64,000 nt of DNA from NCBI GenBank assembly GCA_913030895.1, contig CAJWGK010000001.1, forward strand, positions 11,138-75,137, in the 5' to 3' direction. The notes beneath the pieces were generated by a model. That model did no database searches, was not told the origin of the DNA, and worked only from the letters and a program-made list of their open reading frames with translations. Below are positions 9,673 through 20,145 of the stretch, in pieces (positions within the stretch are counted from its first letter, which is position 1; each line of letters starts with the position of its first letter). A program made the translations under genes and the position numbers. This DNA is from an uncultured Flavobacteriaceae bacterium. GTDB lineage: Bacteria; Bacteroidota; Bacteroidia; Flavobacteriales; Flavobacteriaceae.

Positions 9673-11530
9673 TGATGATAAAAGGTTGTCCGCTGAAAGG
9701 TTTTTCGTATTCTGCTAGTAAACTTCCATTGAGCATTCTTGTCTCCAGCCATTTTCTTTTTACTTCTCCAGTTAGGTATTTCTCTATTAATAAGCTGGCG
9801 ATAGGTGCAGCCCATCGACCTCCCCAGTATCCATTTTCTACAAATACAGCAATTGCAATTTTTGGATCGTTTTTAGGGGCAAAAGCAATAAACATCGAGT
9901 GGTCTGTCAATTGTGTTTTTACCCCTTCAATTTTAATGAAATTTTCTACGGTACCTGTTTTACCACATACATCAATACCTGGAATACGGGCTATTCTGGC
10001 AGTGCCCCTTTCTACCACTTGGTGCATGCCTTCAATCACTGTCTCAAAATGGAGTGAATCTATCGCGGTTTTCTTTTTTTCATGTAATACTTGATATGTT
10101 CCATCGCTGACTGTTTTCAGAAAATGAGGTTTGATAAAGTATCCTCTATTTGCAATGGTTGCTGTAAAGTTAGCCATCTGTATTGGGGTGGTTAAAATCT
10201 CACCCTGACCAATAGCATTTGAAACGACAGTAGCTGATTTCCACCCTCCCTTTTCATACCAATAGTCATAGTATGAGGCGTCAGGAATAAATCCTTTTTT
10301 CCCAACGGGTAGATCATATCCTAAATAGTCCCCAAGTCCAAAACTCTTCAAATGTTTATTCCATTTATTCATTCCCTCCTCGATACTATCTCCAGCTTCA
10401 TCAATAATTTTTCTGTAAACATTTGCAAAATAGGTGTTGCACGACTTGTAAATACCTGACAACAGATTGTTTTTTGTACCATAGCTACAATGGCAATCCA
10501 TAAACACTCCTCTGGCATAATAGTGCCCATGATCGCAACGATAAGTAGTATTAGAATCAATAACACCTTCTTGAAGGGCGATAAGGGCATTAAGGGTTTT
10601 GAACGGTGATCCAGGGGCGTATTGCGCCTGTAATCCACGGTCAAAAAGCGGCTTTGAAATTGAATCTATAGCAAGTTCGCGATAATGTTTAGAGCGCATT
10701 CTTCCTACCAATAGATTAGGGTCATAGCTAGGGGCAGAAACTAATGATAATACCTCTCCAGTTTTAGGTTCAATAGCTACGATACCGCCCCGCTTGTTTT
10801 GTAAAAGTAGTTCTCCGTATTCTTGGAGTTCCGAGTCAAGGGTCAAAATTAAATTTTTACCACCCTTAGATTTAACATCATAAACTCCGTCCTCGTATGG
10901 GCCGATAATTCTATTAAAACGATCTTTTTGTAAAAACTTTTTTCCCTTAACACCTCTAAGTAAATCCTCATAATAACGCTCGACACCTTGCCTACCAGTA
11001 AGCTCACCCAAACTGTAGTAGCCGTCTTTACTCATGTCATTTTTATTGACCTCACTAATATAACCCAAAACGTTGGCGGCAATTGGGTTTGGGTATTCTC
11101 TTAGAGATTTTTTTTGCAGATAAAACCCTTCGTATTTCCAAATCTTTTCCTGAATAATAGCGTTGCGCTCTTTTGAAATTTGACTTACAACAACTGAGGG
11201 AAGTTTTATTGAAAAACGTTTGGCAGCAACTAATTTATCCTTGAGTTCAGATTTTGAGATATTTACAAGATTCGCGAGATTAAGCGTATCAAATGGCGCA
11301 ATATTTTCCGGAATCGTCATCAGGTCATAGACCGGTTGATTAGAAACAAGTAATTTGTTTTTGCGGTCATAAATATAACCGCGTTCAGGATAAATTTCTT
11401 TCTCAATTACTGCATTACCATCAGAAAGAAGCTTGTAGGAGGAATTCAATAGTTGTAAGCTAATTAACCGACCCACAAACAGTAGCGCGGTTAAAAGGGT
11501 CATCGCCGGTAAGAAGAATTTTTTTATCAT
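9665..11530 (-). CDS. mrdA: Penicillin-binding protein 2 (elongasome transpeptidase)
   Basis: 621 aa. Contains 'PGSPFK' (SxxK), 'SCN' (SxN) and 'KTGT' motifs. Position is between mreD and rodA. Confidence 0.92.
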   Translation of the reverse strand: MIKKFFLPAMTLLTALLFVGRLISLQLLNSSYKLLSDGNAVIEKEIYPERGYIYDRKNKLLVSNQPVYDLMTIPENIAPFDTLNLANLVNISKSELKDKLVAAKRFSIKLPSVVVSQISKERNAIIQEKIWKYEGFYLQKKSLREYPNPIAANVLGYISEVNKNDMSKDGYYSLGELTGRQGVERYYEDLLRGVKGKKFLQKDRFNRIIGPYEDGVYDVKSKGGKNLILTLDSELQEYGELLLQNKRGGIVAIEPKTGEVLSLVSAPSYDPNLLVGRMRSKHYRELAIDSISKPLFDRGLQAQYAPGSPFKTLNALIALQEGVIDSNTTYRCDHGHYYARGVFMDCHCSYGTKNNLLSGIYKSCNTYFANVYRKIIDEAGDSIEEGMNKWNKHLKSFGLGDYLGYDLPVGKKGFIPDASYYDYWYEKGGWKSATVVSNAIGQGEILTTPIQMANFTATIANRGYFIKPHFLKTVSDGTYQVLHEKKKTAIDSLHFETVIEGMHQVVERGTARIARIPGIDVCGKTGTVENFIKIEGVKTQLTDHSMFIAFAPKNDPKIAIAVFVENGYWGGRWAAPIASLLIEKYLTGEVKRKWLETRMLNGSLLAEYEKPFSGQPFIINE

Positions 11531-12039
11531 TATTTCCCTCTAAATAATCCCAATGAGACGTATATCATTATAAAAGTAAAAAAAGAAGTGAATAAAGTGT
11601 TTTTGAAAATGATTAAGACACTATCCAGGCTGAGGTAAATAATGCTGTAGAGAAGCAAATGATGAATTGTAATCATTAATAAAAGATAAACCAACCGTTG
11701 AGTTGGCTGGGTGCCTTCAATCATCCCCATTGGAATATCGTAGTTGATTCCAAATGATGTTCTGATTATCACGGGTCGAATAAAAGCAATAGTGAGCGAG
11801 GCTATTGTGTGAGCACCTGACCCTAAGGTTAGAAGGTCTAATAACAAGCCCATTAGAAAACCTAAAAATATCAGTAGGGTAGGGTTGTTGTCAAAACGAT
11901 AAACGACAAAAAACAACAAGTAAAGATTGGGGTTAATGAATCCAAATAAATTGATGTTGTTGAGCAAAAAGGATTGCAAAAATAACAGTAATACAAATTG
12001 AAAAATCGAAAATAAATTATTGCGATTCATCTCTGTCAA
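11530..12039 (-). CDS. mreD: Rod shape-determining protein MreD
   Basis: Small polytopic membrane protein immediately after mreC, overlapping it by 23 nt. Confidence 0.8.
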   Translation of the reverse strand: MTEMNRNNLFSIFQFVLLLFLQSFLLNNINLFGFINPNLYLLFFVVYRFDNNPTLLIFLGFLMGLLLDLLTLGSGAHTIASLTIAFIRPVIIRTSFGINYDIPMGMIEGTQPTQRLVYLLLMITIHHLLLYSIIYLSLDSVLIIFKNTLFTSFFTFIMIYVSLGLFRGK

Positions 12040-12832
12040 GTTTTTTAATTTGATCTAAGTTTTTATTCTCGATAATATATACAAATTCTTTTTGCGTAAG
12101 GTTACCAAATAACTCAACCTCAATATCATAATAACCCTCATACTCAGGTCGTTCAACTTTAGAAATTTTCCCAATTGGTATTCCATAGGGGAAGTAATCA
12201 GACATTCCTCCTGTGACTATGGTATCGCCGATAAAAACTGGATTTAAAGTTGAAATATCATCTAATTTCATTTTTTTCGGATGGTTGCTTTGCCATGAAA
12301 GCGAGCCGTAGGCACCGTTCTTTCTAAAACTTGCATTGATTTTCAAATCCCGATGTAATAACGATAATACACTAGAAAAATCTTCTGTTGTTTGATTAAT
12401 AACCCCTATTATTCCATCATTGGTGATCACCCCCATATCGGTCTTGACACCATCTGCTTCCCCTTTGTCAATAATGATATAGTTTCTAGTCTTGTTATAG
12501 CTATTTTTTATGATTCTTGCTTTGGTTACTTTAAAACTAAAGGATTCAAATACTTCAGTTTTAAGCTCCATTCCTTCATATTGTGCCAACTCTAAAACTT
12601 TCAGTTTTTCATTTTCTGCGCTGAGTTGTTGATTGATCTTTACCAAATTGAAATAATTATATATTCCATCGTTAAAAAAATTCATTCTGCTAGAAATAGA
12701 AAGAGAAAGATTACTAAAAACAGACTGATGATAAAAGCTGCGCTGATTTAAAAATATAATTGATAGAAATAGTAACCCAATATATAACAGGGTATTTTTG
12801 TACTCAAGTAGGGCATTGATCAACTGCCGCAT
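12017..12832 (-). CDS. mreC: Rod shape-determining protein MreC
   Basis: N-terminal TM, coiled-coil segment (QQLSAENEKLKVLE), then a beta-rich domain. Follows mreB. Confidence 0.88.
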   Translation of the reverse strand: MRQLINALLEYKNTLLYIGLLFLSIIFLNQRSFYHQSVFSNLSLSISSRMNFFNDGIYNYFNLVKINQQLSAENEKLKVLELAQYEGMELKTEVFESFSFKVTKARIIKNSYNKTRNYIIIDKGEADGVKTDMGVITNDGIIGVINQTTEDFSSVLSLLHRDLKINASFRKNGAYGSLSWQSNHPKKMKLDDISTLNPVFIGDTIVTGGMSDYFPYGIPIGKISKVERPEYEGYYDIEVELFGNLTQKEFVYIIENKNLDQIKKLDRDESQ

Positions 12833-12838
12833 AAGCCA

Positions 12839-13858
12839 TTATTTGATCAAGATCGTTTTGTATCTATCGATATTTTTCAGGGTGATACCAGTACCTCTTA
12901 CTACGGCCTGAAGTGGATCTTCAGCAATATAAACAGGTAGGTCAGTTTTTCGGGAAATTCTAACATCTAATCCTCGGAGTAGTGCACCTCCACCCGCGAG
13001 ATATATCCCGGTATTGTAGATGTCAGCTGCTAGTTCGGGCGGCGTTTGGGCTAGAGCTTCCATGATAGCTTCCTCAATTCTAATAATGGATTTGTCGAGT
13101 GCTTTAGCGATTTCAGTGAATGAAATCAATGCTTGTTTTGGTTTTCCTGTGACTAAGTCTCTTCCTTGAACATTCATGTCTTTGGGAGGGTTTTCTAAAT
13201 CATCAACAACAGAACCGATAAGAATTTTTATTTTTTCAGCAGTACGTTCTCCAATATAGAGGTTGTGTTTACTCCGCATATAGTTTACAATATCGTTGGT
13301 GAAAACATCCCCCGCAATTTTTACTGATTTGTCACATACAATTCCTGATAAGGCAATAACCGCGATTTCGGTTGTCCCACCACCGATGTCAACAATCATG
13401 TTTCCCTTAGGTTGCATTATGTCAATACCTATACCAATAGCAGCAGCCATTGGCTCATGAATTAAATAAACTTCTTTTCCATTTACCCGCTCGGCAGATT
13501 CCTTTACTGCTCTCATTTCAACTTCGGTAATTCCAGAAGGAATACAAATAACCATTCTAAGTGATGGGGTAAAAAACCTTTTCTTTAGTGTGGGAATACT
13601 TTTGATCAAAGTGTTGATCATTTGTTCTGAGGCATTAAAATCTGCAATCACCCCATCTTTTAGTGGTCTGATTGTCTTAATATTTTCATGGGTTTTACCA
13701 TGCATCATACTCGCCTCATCACCAACAGCAATTATTTTATTTGTAGTACGGTCAATAGCAACTATTGAAGGACTGTCCACCACCACTTTGTCATTGTGTA
13801 TGATCAAAGTATTAGCTGTACCTAAATCAATCGCTATTTCTTCCGTCAAAAATCCCAT
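12839..13858 (-). CDS. mreB: Actin-like rod shape protein MreB
   Basis: 'IAIDLGTANTLI', 'DIGGGTTEIAVI' and 'GIYLAGGGALLRGLD' are actin/MreB phosphate and adenosine motifs. Confidence 0.97.
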   Translation of the reverse strand: MGFLTEEIAIDLGTANTLIIHNDKVVVDSPSIVAIDRTTNKIIAVGDEASMMHGKTHENIKTIRPLKDGVIADFNASEQMINTLIKSIPTLKKRFFTPSLRMVICIPSGITEVEMRAVKESAERVNGKEVYLIHEPMAAAIGIGIDIMQPKGNMIVDIGGGTTEIAVIALSGIVCDKSVKIAGDVFTNDIVNYMRSKHNLYIGERTAEKIKILIGSVVDDLENPPKDMNVQGRDLVTGKPKQALISFTEIAKALDKSIIRIEEAIMEALAQTPPELAADIYNTGIYLAGGGALLRGLDVRISRKTDLPVYIAEDPLQAVVRGTGITLKNIDRYKTILIK

Positions 13859-13881
13859 ACTTCTGTTTGGTTAAATGCTCA

Positions 13882-13889
13882 CAAAGTTA
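13882..13889 (-). promoter_or_regulatory. Candidate Bacteroidota -7 promoter box (TAACTTTG) for mreB
   Basis: Minus-strand TAACTTTG matches TAnnTTTG. It lies 23 nt upstream of the mreB ATG, in the 37-nt gap after the purH stop. Confidence 0.4.
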
Positions 13890-13895
13890 TGAAAT

Positions 13896-15419
13896 TTAAT
13901 GCTTGAAATGACGTGAACCCGTAAAGACCATCGATAATTCATTTTGATTACAATAATCGATTGAAAGTTGATCTTTAATGGATCCTCCAGGCTGAAGAAC
14001 TGCCTTTATTCCCGCCTTGTGTGCAATTTCAACGCAGTCAGGAAACGGAAAGAACGCATCACTAGCCATAACAGCTCCGTTCAGGTCAAAGTTAAAGTGC
14101 TTTGCTTTTTCAATGGCTTGATTGAGTGCATCAACTCTAGAAGTCTGGCCAGTGCCTGAGGAGATTAGTTGCTTGTTTTTTGCAAATACAATAGTATTCG
14201 ATTTGGTATGTTTACATATTTTTGAGGCAAAAATCAAATCTTCAATTTCTTTTTCAGAGGGTTTTTTATCAGTGATAAATTTCAAATCCTCTTTAACATC
14301 TGTTTTTTCATCCCTATCTTGAGCCAAGAAACCATTCAAGCAGCTACGTACTGTATTCGATGGCAAGACCGTGCTTTTTTGAATAAGAAGTATACGATTC
14401 TTTTTTCCCTTCAATAATTTAAGTGCATCTTCAGAGAAATCGGGAGCAATCACTACCTCACAAAACAAAGAGTGGATCTCACTGGCAGTTTCTATATTTA
14501 TCGGCTTGTTGGCTATTAACACTCCACCAAAGGCAGAGACTGGGTCTCCAGCAAGCGCATCGATATAGGCATCTTTTAACGATGAACGTGTGGCGAAACC
14601 GCAGGCATTATTATGCTTTAAGATGGCGAAACTAGGATCCATTTCATAAAACTCAATCATTAAGTTAACAGCTGCATCAATATCCAAAAGGTTATTGTAT
14701 GAAATTTCTTTTCCGTGGATTTGAACTAATAAATCAGATAATAAACCGAAAAATTGTCCTTTCTGATGGGGATTTTCACCATACCTGAGGCTTTTAACCT
14801 CTTTAACACTCAACTTTAACACTTCCTCTTCTTGATTGAAATGATTGAAAATTGCAGTATCATAGTGAGAGGATGTTTGGAAAGCCTTGACCGAATATTT
14901 TTTTCTATCCGCTAAGTTCGGAGCGCCAGATGACTGAATTAAAATATTAAGGAAATCTTCGTAATCCTTTTTATCGGAGACACAAAAAACATCTTTAAAG
15001 TTTTTAGCAGCAGCTCGAATTAATGCAATTCCTCCAATATCAATTTTTTCAACAATATCTTGTTCACTTCCTCCCGCTGCAACAGTATCTTCAAATGGGT
15101 AAAGGTCTACGATTACCAAATCAATTTGAGGGATTTCGTATTGTGTTAAAGCTGATTGATCTTCCTCTACCTCTTGACGGTTTAAAATACCCCCAAAAAC
15201 CTTAGGATGTAGTGTTTTTACTCTTCCTCCTAGTATTGAGGGGTAGCCCGTAACATCTTCTACAGCAAACACATCGTAACCTAGATCTCTTATAAATTTT
15301 TCGGTACCTCCAGTTGAGTAAAAGGTAACTCCGTCTTTGTGAAGTTGATGAATTATAGGTTCAAGTCCGGTCTTATCATAGACAGAGATAAGAGCGGAAA
15401 AAATTTGTTTTTTGCTCAT
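13896..15419 (-). CDS. purH: Bifunctional AICAR transformylase / IMP cyclohydrolase
   Basis: 'ALISVYDKTGL', 'STGGT', 'GGRVKTLHP' and the C-terminal 'TGSRHFKH' are PurH hallmarks. Confidence 0.96.
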   Translation of the reverse strand: MSKKQIFSALISVYDKTGLEPIIHQLHKDGVTFYSTGGTEKFIRDLGYDVFAVEDVTGYPSILGGRVKTLHPKVFGGILNRQEVEEDQSALTQYEIPQIDLVIVDLYPFEDTVAAGGSEQDIVEKIDIGGIALIRAAAKNFKDVFCVSDKKDYEDFLNILIQSSGAPNLADRKKYSVKAFQTSSHYDTAIFNHFNQEEEVLKLSVKEVKSLRYGENPHQKGQFFGLLSDLLVQIHGKEISYNNLLDIDAAVNLMIEFYEMDPSFAILKHNNACGFATRSSLKDAYIDALAGDPVSAFGGVLIANKPINIETASEIHSLFCEVVIAPDFSEDALKLLKGKKNRILLIQKSTVLPSNTVRSCLNGFLAQDRDEKTDVKEDLKFITDKKPSEKEIEDLIFASKICKHTKSNTIVFAKNKQLISSGTGQTSRVDALNQAIEKAKHFNFDLNGAVMASDAFFPFPDCVEIAHKAGIKAVLQPGGSIKDQLSIDYCNQNELSMVFTGSRHFKH

Positions 15420-15621
15420 TGTTTTTTAGTTAATGTTAACTCAGCAATGGAAATCCGTTTTTGTGAAATTTCTTGTCGTGGTTTGAAGATTGTAAACGTT
15501 AGAACGGATTTAAGTAACTTTGAAAATAGCATTGATGATCGTTAACAAAAATATTAAAAATCATCCAAGTGAAAATTTCATTCTCAGGTATTAATTAACC
15601 AAAAAACTTAACTTTTCAACA

Positions 15622-16338
15622 ATGAAACAGATTATTCATATTTCAGGCATGACCTGTACATCCTGTTTGGCTGCGGTTTCAAAGAGCTTGAATGCGATTA
15701 AAGAGATTAGAGACCTGCAAATTGACTTGGAAAGCGGAAATGTTCAGCTTGAGGTATCAAAATTGTTGAATTTGGATCGGGTAGCGAAAGCATTGCCATC
15801 AAAATACAAACCATCTGCTGTCTCTGGTGGAAAAAATCTAGATGATCAAAGCGAAACATCAAAGATTAAGCAGTTATTTCCCCTTTTTTTGATTTTCATC
15901 TATATCATTGCTGGGTCACTTTTTTTACAAAAAGGAAATTTTTCTGTGACAGACTTTATGTTTGATTTTATGGGATGTTTTTTCATCGTATTTAGTTTTT
16001 TTAAGTTTTTGGATTATAAAGGTTTCCCGACAGCTTTTGCTCAATATGACCCTATAGCTCGAAGAGCTTTGTTGTATGGAAAGATTTATCCTTTTATTGA
16101 AACGTTTTTGGGAATCATGTTCTTGACAAGATGGCAATTAAATCTCGCACTAATAATTACTATTATTGTCATCTCCCTAACGACCGTTGGGGTCATTTAT
16201 GCTTTATTTGATAAAAATAAAATCAACTGTGCTTGTTTGGGAACTGCATTAAAATTACCCATGAGCGAAGCAACATTAATTGAAAATATTTTAATGCTTT
16301 TCATGTCTATAACCATGATCTTTTATCAGTTGGCTTAA
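15622..16338 (+). CDS. Fusion protein: N-terminal heavy-metal-associated (HMA) domain plus MauE/DoxX-like 4-TM membrane domain
   Basis: 'ISGMTCTSCLAAV' is the classical GMTCxxC HMA motif. A hydrophobic C-terminal half follows, with membrane-proximal 'INCACLG'. Confidence 0.7.
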   Translation: MKQIIHISGMTCTSCLAAVSKSLNAIKEIRDLQIDLESGNVQLEVSKLLNLDRVAKALPSKYKPSAVSGGKNLDDQSETSKIKQLFPLFLIFIYIIAGSLFLQKGNFSVTDFMFDFMGCFFIVFSFFKFLDYKGFPTAFAQYDPIARRALLYGKIYPFIETFLGIMFLTRWQLNLALIITIIVISLTTVGVIYALFDKNKINCACLGTALKLPMSEATLIENILMLFMSITMIFYQLA

Positions 16339-16500
16339 ATCGCTAAATCTTATTTATAAGGTGATTTAATTTCTTCAATTCTCTTAAATATAACCAGGAC
16401 AGCAATGGCGATTAATTACTTTACTAAAAACGATATAGGGCTATCAGTTTACAGATAGTGATGCTTGTAAATTTAGGTTAGTCATTTAATATAGATTTTG

Positions 16501-16508
16501 TAAATTTG
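16501..16508 (+). promoter_or_regulatory. Candidate -7 promoter box (TAAATTTG) upstream of the secreted HMA-like gene
   Basis: Matches TAnnTTTG, 73 nt upstream of the ATG at 16582. Confidence 0.3.
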
Positions 16509-16581
16509 AATATATTCTTCTCTTATGGCAGAATATTTTACAAAAAACCCTCATTAATAATTTAATTTTAATTCTATTATA

Positions 16582-16923
16582 ATGAAAAAAATCCTAATTA
16601 TCTTACTTCTGCTACCGCTAACAATGGCAGCCCAAGAAGACCAGAAAAAAGTTACTAAAGCGCAATTTACCGTTGACGGAAACTGTAAAATGTGTAAAAA
16701 AACTATTGAAAAAGCTGCATTGTCTGTAAAGGGAGTCGAAATGGCTTCATGGGATGTTCCCTCTAATCAACTCAGCTTAGTTTATGATCCAAATAAAGCC
16801 GAATTAGACGCTGTTCATATGGCGGTTGCTAAATCTGGTTATGACACCTCCGAGATGAAAGCTAAAGAAAAAGACTACGAAGCTTTACCAAATTGTTGTC
16901 ATTACGATCGCAAAGAATTATAA
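16582..16923 (+). CDS. Secreted HMA-like (ferredoxin-fold metal-binding) protein with variant CxxC and a C-terminal CC motif
   Basis: Signal peptide 'MKKILIILLLLPLTMAAQ'. 'VDGNCKMCKKTIEKA' sits where GMxCxxC lies in HMA domains. 'LPNCCHYDR' lies near the C-terminus. Confidence 0.65.
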   Translation: MKKILIILLLLPLTMAAQEDQKKVTKAQFTVDGNCKMCKKTIEKAALSVKGVEMASWDVPSNQLSLVYDPNKAELDAVHMAVAKSGYDTSEMKAKEKDYEALPNCCHYDRKEL

Positions 16924-16930
16924 AAAAAAA

Positions 16931-16955
16931 CCTGCTGTAAAGCAGGTTTTTTTTT
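16931..16955. terminator. Bidirectional intrinsic terminator between the HMA-like gene and groEL
   Basis: Stem CCTGCT/AGCAGG with GTAA loop (16931-16946). Flanked by an A-tract on the left and T9 on the right. Confidence 0.8.
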
Positions 16956-16971
16956 AAAGTAATATATCTGA

Positions 16972-18618
<1,647 letters not shown>

Positions 18619-18626
18619 TTATTTCG

Positions 18627-18905
18627 TTAAACAATTGCTAGAATATCACTTTCTCTCATGATTAGATAATCAACACCGTCATGCTGAAGTTCTGTACCCG
18701 CATATTTTCCATAAAGTACATTATCTCCAGCTTTTAGGGTCATTGGGTTTTCTGTGGTTCCTGGTCCGACGGCAACCACAATTCCTTTTTGCGGTTTTTC
18801 TTTAGCGGTATCGGGAATGATAATCCCAGACGATGTTTTTGTCTCTGCTGCAGCAGGTTGAATCAAAACACGATCTGCTAAGGGTTGAATATTGATTTTA
18901 CTCAT
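18627..18905 (-). CDS. groS: Co-chaperonin GroES
   Basis: 92 aa. '[12 protein letters not shown]...[10 protein letters not shown]' is the mobile-loop region. Lies directly upstream of groEL. Confidence 0.97.
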   Translation of the reverse strand: MSKINIQPLADRVLIQPAAAETKTSSGIIIPDTAKEKPQKGIVVAVGPGTTENPMTLKAGDNVLYGKYAGTELQHDGVDYLIMRESDILAIV

Positions 18906-19015
18906 TTTTATAATTTTTTTAGTTTTTTAAATTCGTTTCATAAATCATGCCAGCACCACAGTTAATGACAATCTGGTGTTTAAATTGCATTTCCGCTGAC
19001 AGTATGACATCATTA

Positions 19016-19360
19016 CTAGGGTTGAGGTGTTTCCTCGGGCACCTCTGGTATGGTTTCAGGAATTGCCTCTGGTATAGCTTCTTGAATGCCATCATCTTGC
19101 AGCAATCGGGAATCCGTTGCGCTTGTCCCAGAGTTAAGCGATATGTTGGAAAGCAAGATTAAAATTAACAACAGCCCAGCCAAAATCCACGTGCTTCGAT
19201 CGAGAAAGTCAGAGGTTTTTTGTACTCCACCCATTTGTTGACCTCCACCACCAAAAGAGGAGGAGAGTCCACCGCCTTTTGGATTTTGAACCATTACTAC
19301 CAAAACGAGTAGAAAGCAAACGAAGATGATTAATGCTATAAATATCGAAAAACTGCTCAT
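19016..19360 (-). CDS. secG: Preprotein translocase subunit SecG with Pro/Glu-rich repetitive C-terminal tail
   Basis: Two TM helices separated by the Gly-rich loop 'QNPKGGGLSSSFGGGGQQMGG'. Tail is 'EAIPEAIPETIPEVPEETPQP'. Confidence 0.85.
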   Translation of the reverse strand: MSSFSIFIALIIFVCFLLVLVVMVQNPKGGGLSSSFGGGGQQMGGVQKTSDFLDRSTWILAGLLLILILLSNISLNSGTSATDSRLLQDDGIQEAIPEAIPETIPEVPEETPQP

Positions 19361-20145
19361 GATTGTTGTCGTTGCTGCAAATTCTTAATTTTTTCAATTT
19401 GCCCTGCAAAGAAAACATTTTTTTCTGGATATTTCAAACTTAATATCTTGTAGGCACTCAGGGCTTTTTTATACTTTTTTTGCTTTACCAAAACTTTTGC
19501 CAAAGTTTCTGTCATCAGCTCTTCTGTGTAATCGTTAAACTCGATTTCAGCACTATTGTTTTCTGACTTTAAAATCGGTGATATTTTGGGGTCATTTTCA
19601 ATAAATTGATCAATAATTGTAAGTTTATCTTCAAGTGGACTTTTCTTATCCTCAAATACCATTTTCTGATCCACAATTTTATTATCCTCGGTTAGGCTAA
19701 TCCACTGCGTAAAACTTAATTTGATTTTATTGATGTCTTTTTCTTGACTGTCAGGAATCGAAGACACCTTCTCAGCACTTTCTTTTACCTTTTTAACACC
19801 CTTTGCTATTTTGTCTTTCTTTTTGGTTTTCTGAACCACTGGTTTTTTTGCGGTTGGCTGTGAGGCATCTGAGGTTTTTGCTTCGTAGCTGAGCTCCATT
19901 GCATTTTTGAGTACTTTCCTATCCAAGGTGAGTAGTGCAAGTCGATTTAAAGCTTTTTGATATGCTTCACTTTCCTGTTCCTTTAGGGACTTGGTGTGAT
20001 AATAGCTGGGAAGTTGAAAATAAGGATATTGCTCTGAAATTGATAAAAACTCCTCATTGGCAGTTGCATTGAGTGGATCATATTGGTCAATAAGCCGAAT
20101 AAATTCTTTAGCGTTCATCATATTACCATTTTGCAAGGGTTGCAT
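19357..20145 (-). CDS. Hypothetical protein with TPR-like C-terminus (start ambiguous; Met at 20121 or 20118 is also possible)
   Basis: ORF between lptE and secG. The C-terminal 'YKKALSAYKILSLKYPEKNVFFAGQIEKIK' looks like a TPR unit. There is a 4-nt overlap with the secG start. Confidence 0.55.
   Translation of the reverse strand: MQPLQNGNMMNAKEFIRLIDQYDPLNATANEEFLSISEQYPYFQLPSYYHTKSLKEQESEAYQKALNRLALLTLDRKVLKNAMELSYEAKTSDASQPTAKKPVVQKTKKKDKIAKGVKKVKESAEKVSSIPDSQEKDINKIKLSFTQWISLTEDNKIVDQKMVFEDKKSPLEDKLTIIDQFIENDPKISPILKSENNSAEIEFNDYTEELMTETLAKVLVKQKKYKKALSAYKILSLKYPEKNVFFAGQIEKIKNLQQRQQS

Noticed and set aside
9672-10094. 140-aa plus-strand ORF antisense to mrdA
   Set aside because: It lies entirely within the PBP2 coding region, whose motifs are unambiguous. 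It has no recognisable family features and is a typical shadow ORF.
18906-19015. Search for a CIRCE/HrcA operator or a TAnnTTTG box upstream of groES
   Set aside because: There is no TTAGCACTC-N9-GAGTGCTAA-like element and no clean -7 box. I saw only a weak imperfect palindrome (CACCACAG...CTGGTG). I cannot define the heat-shock promoter by eye.
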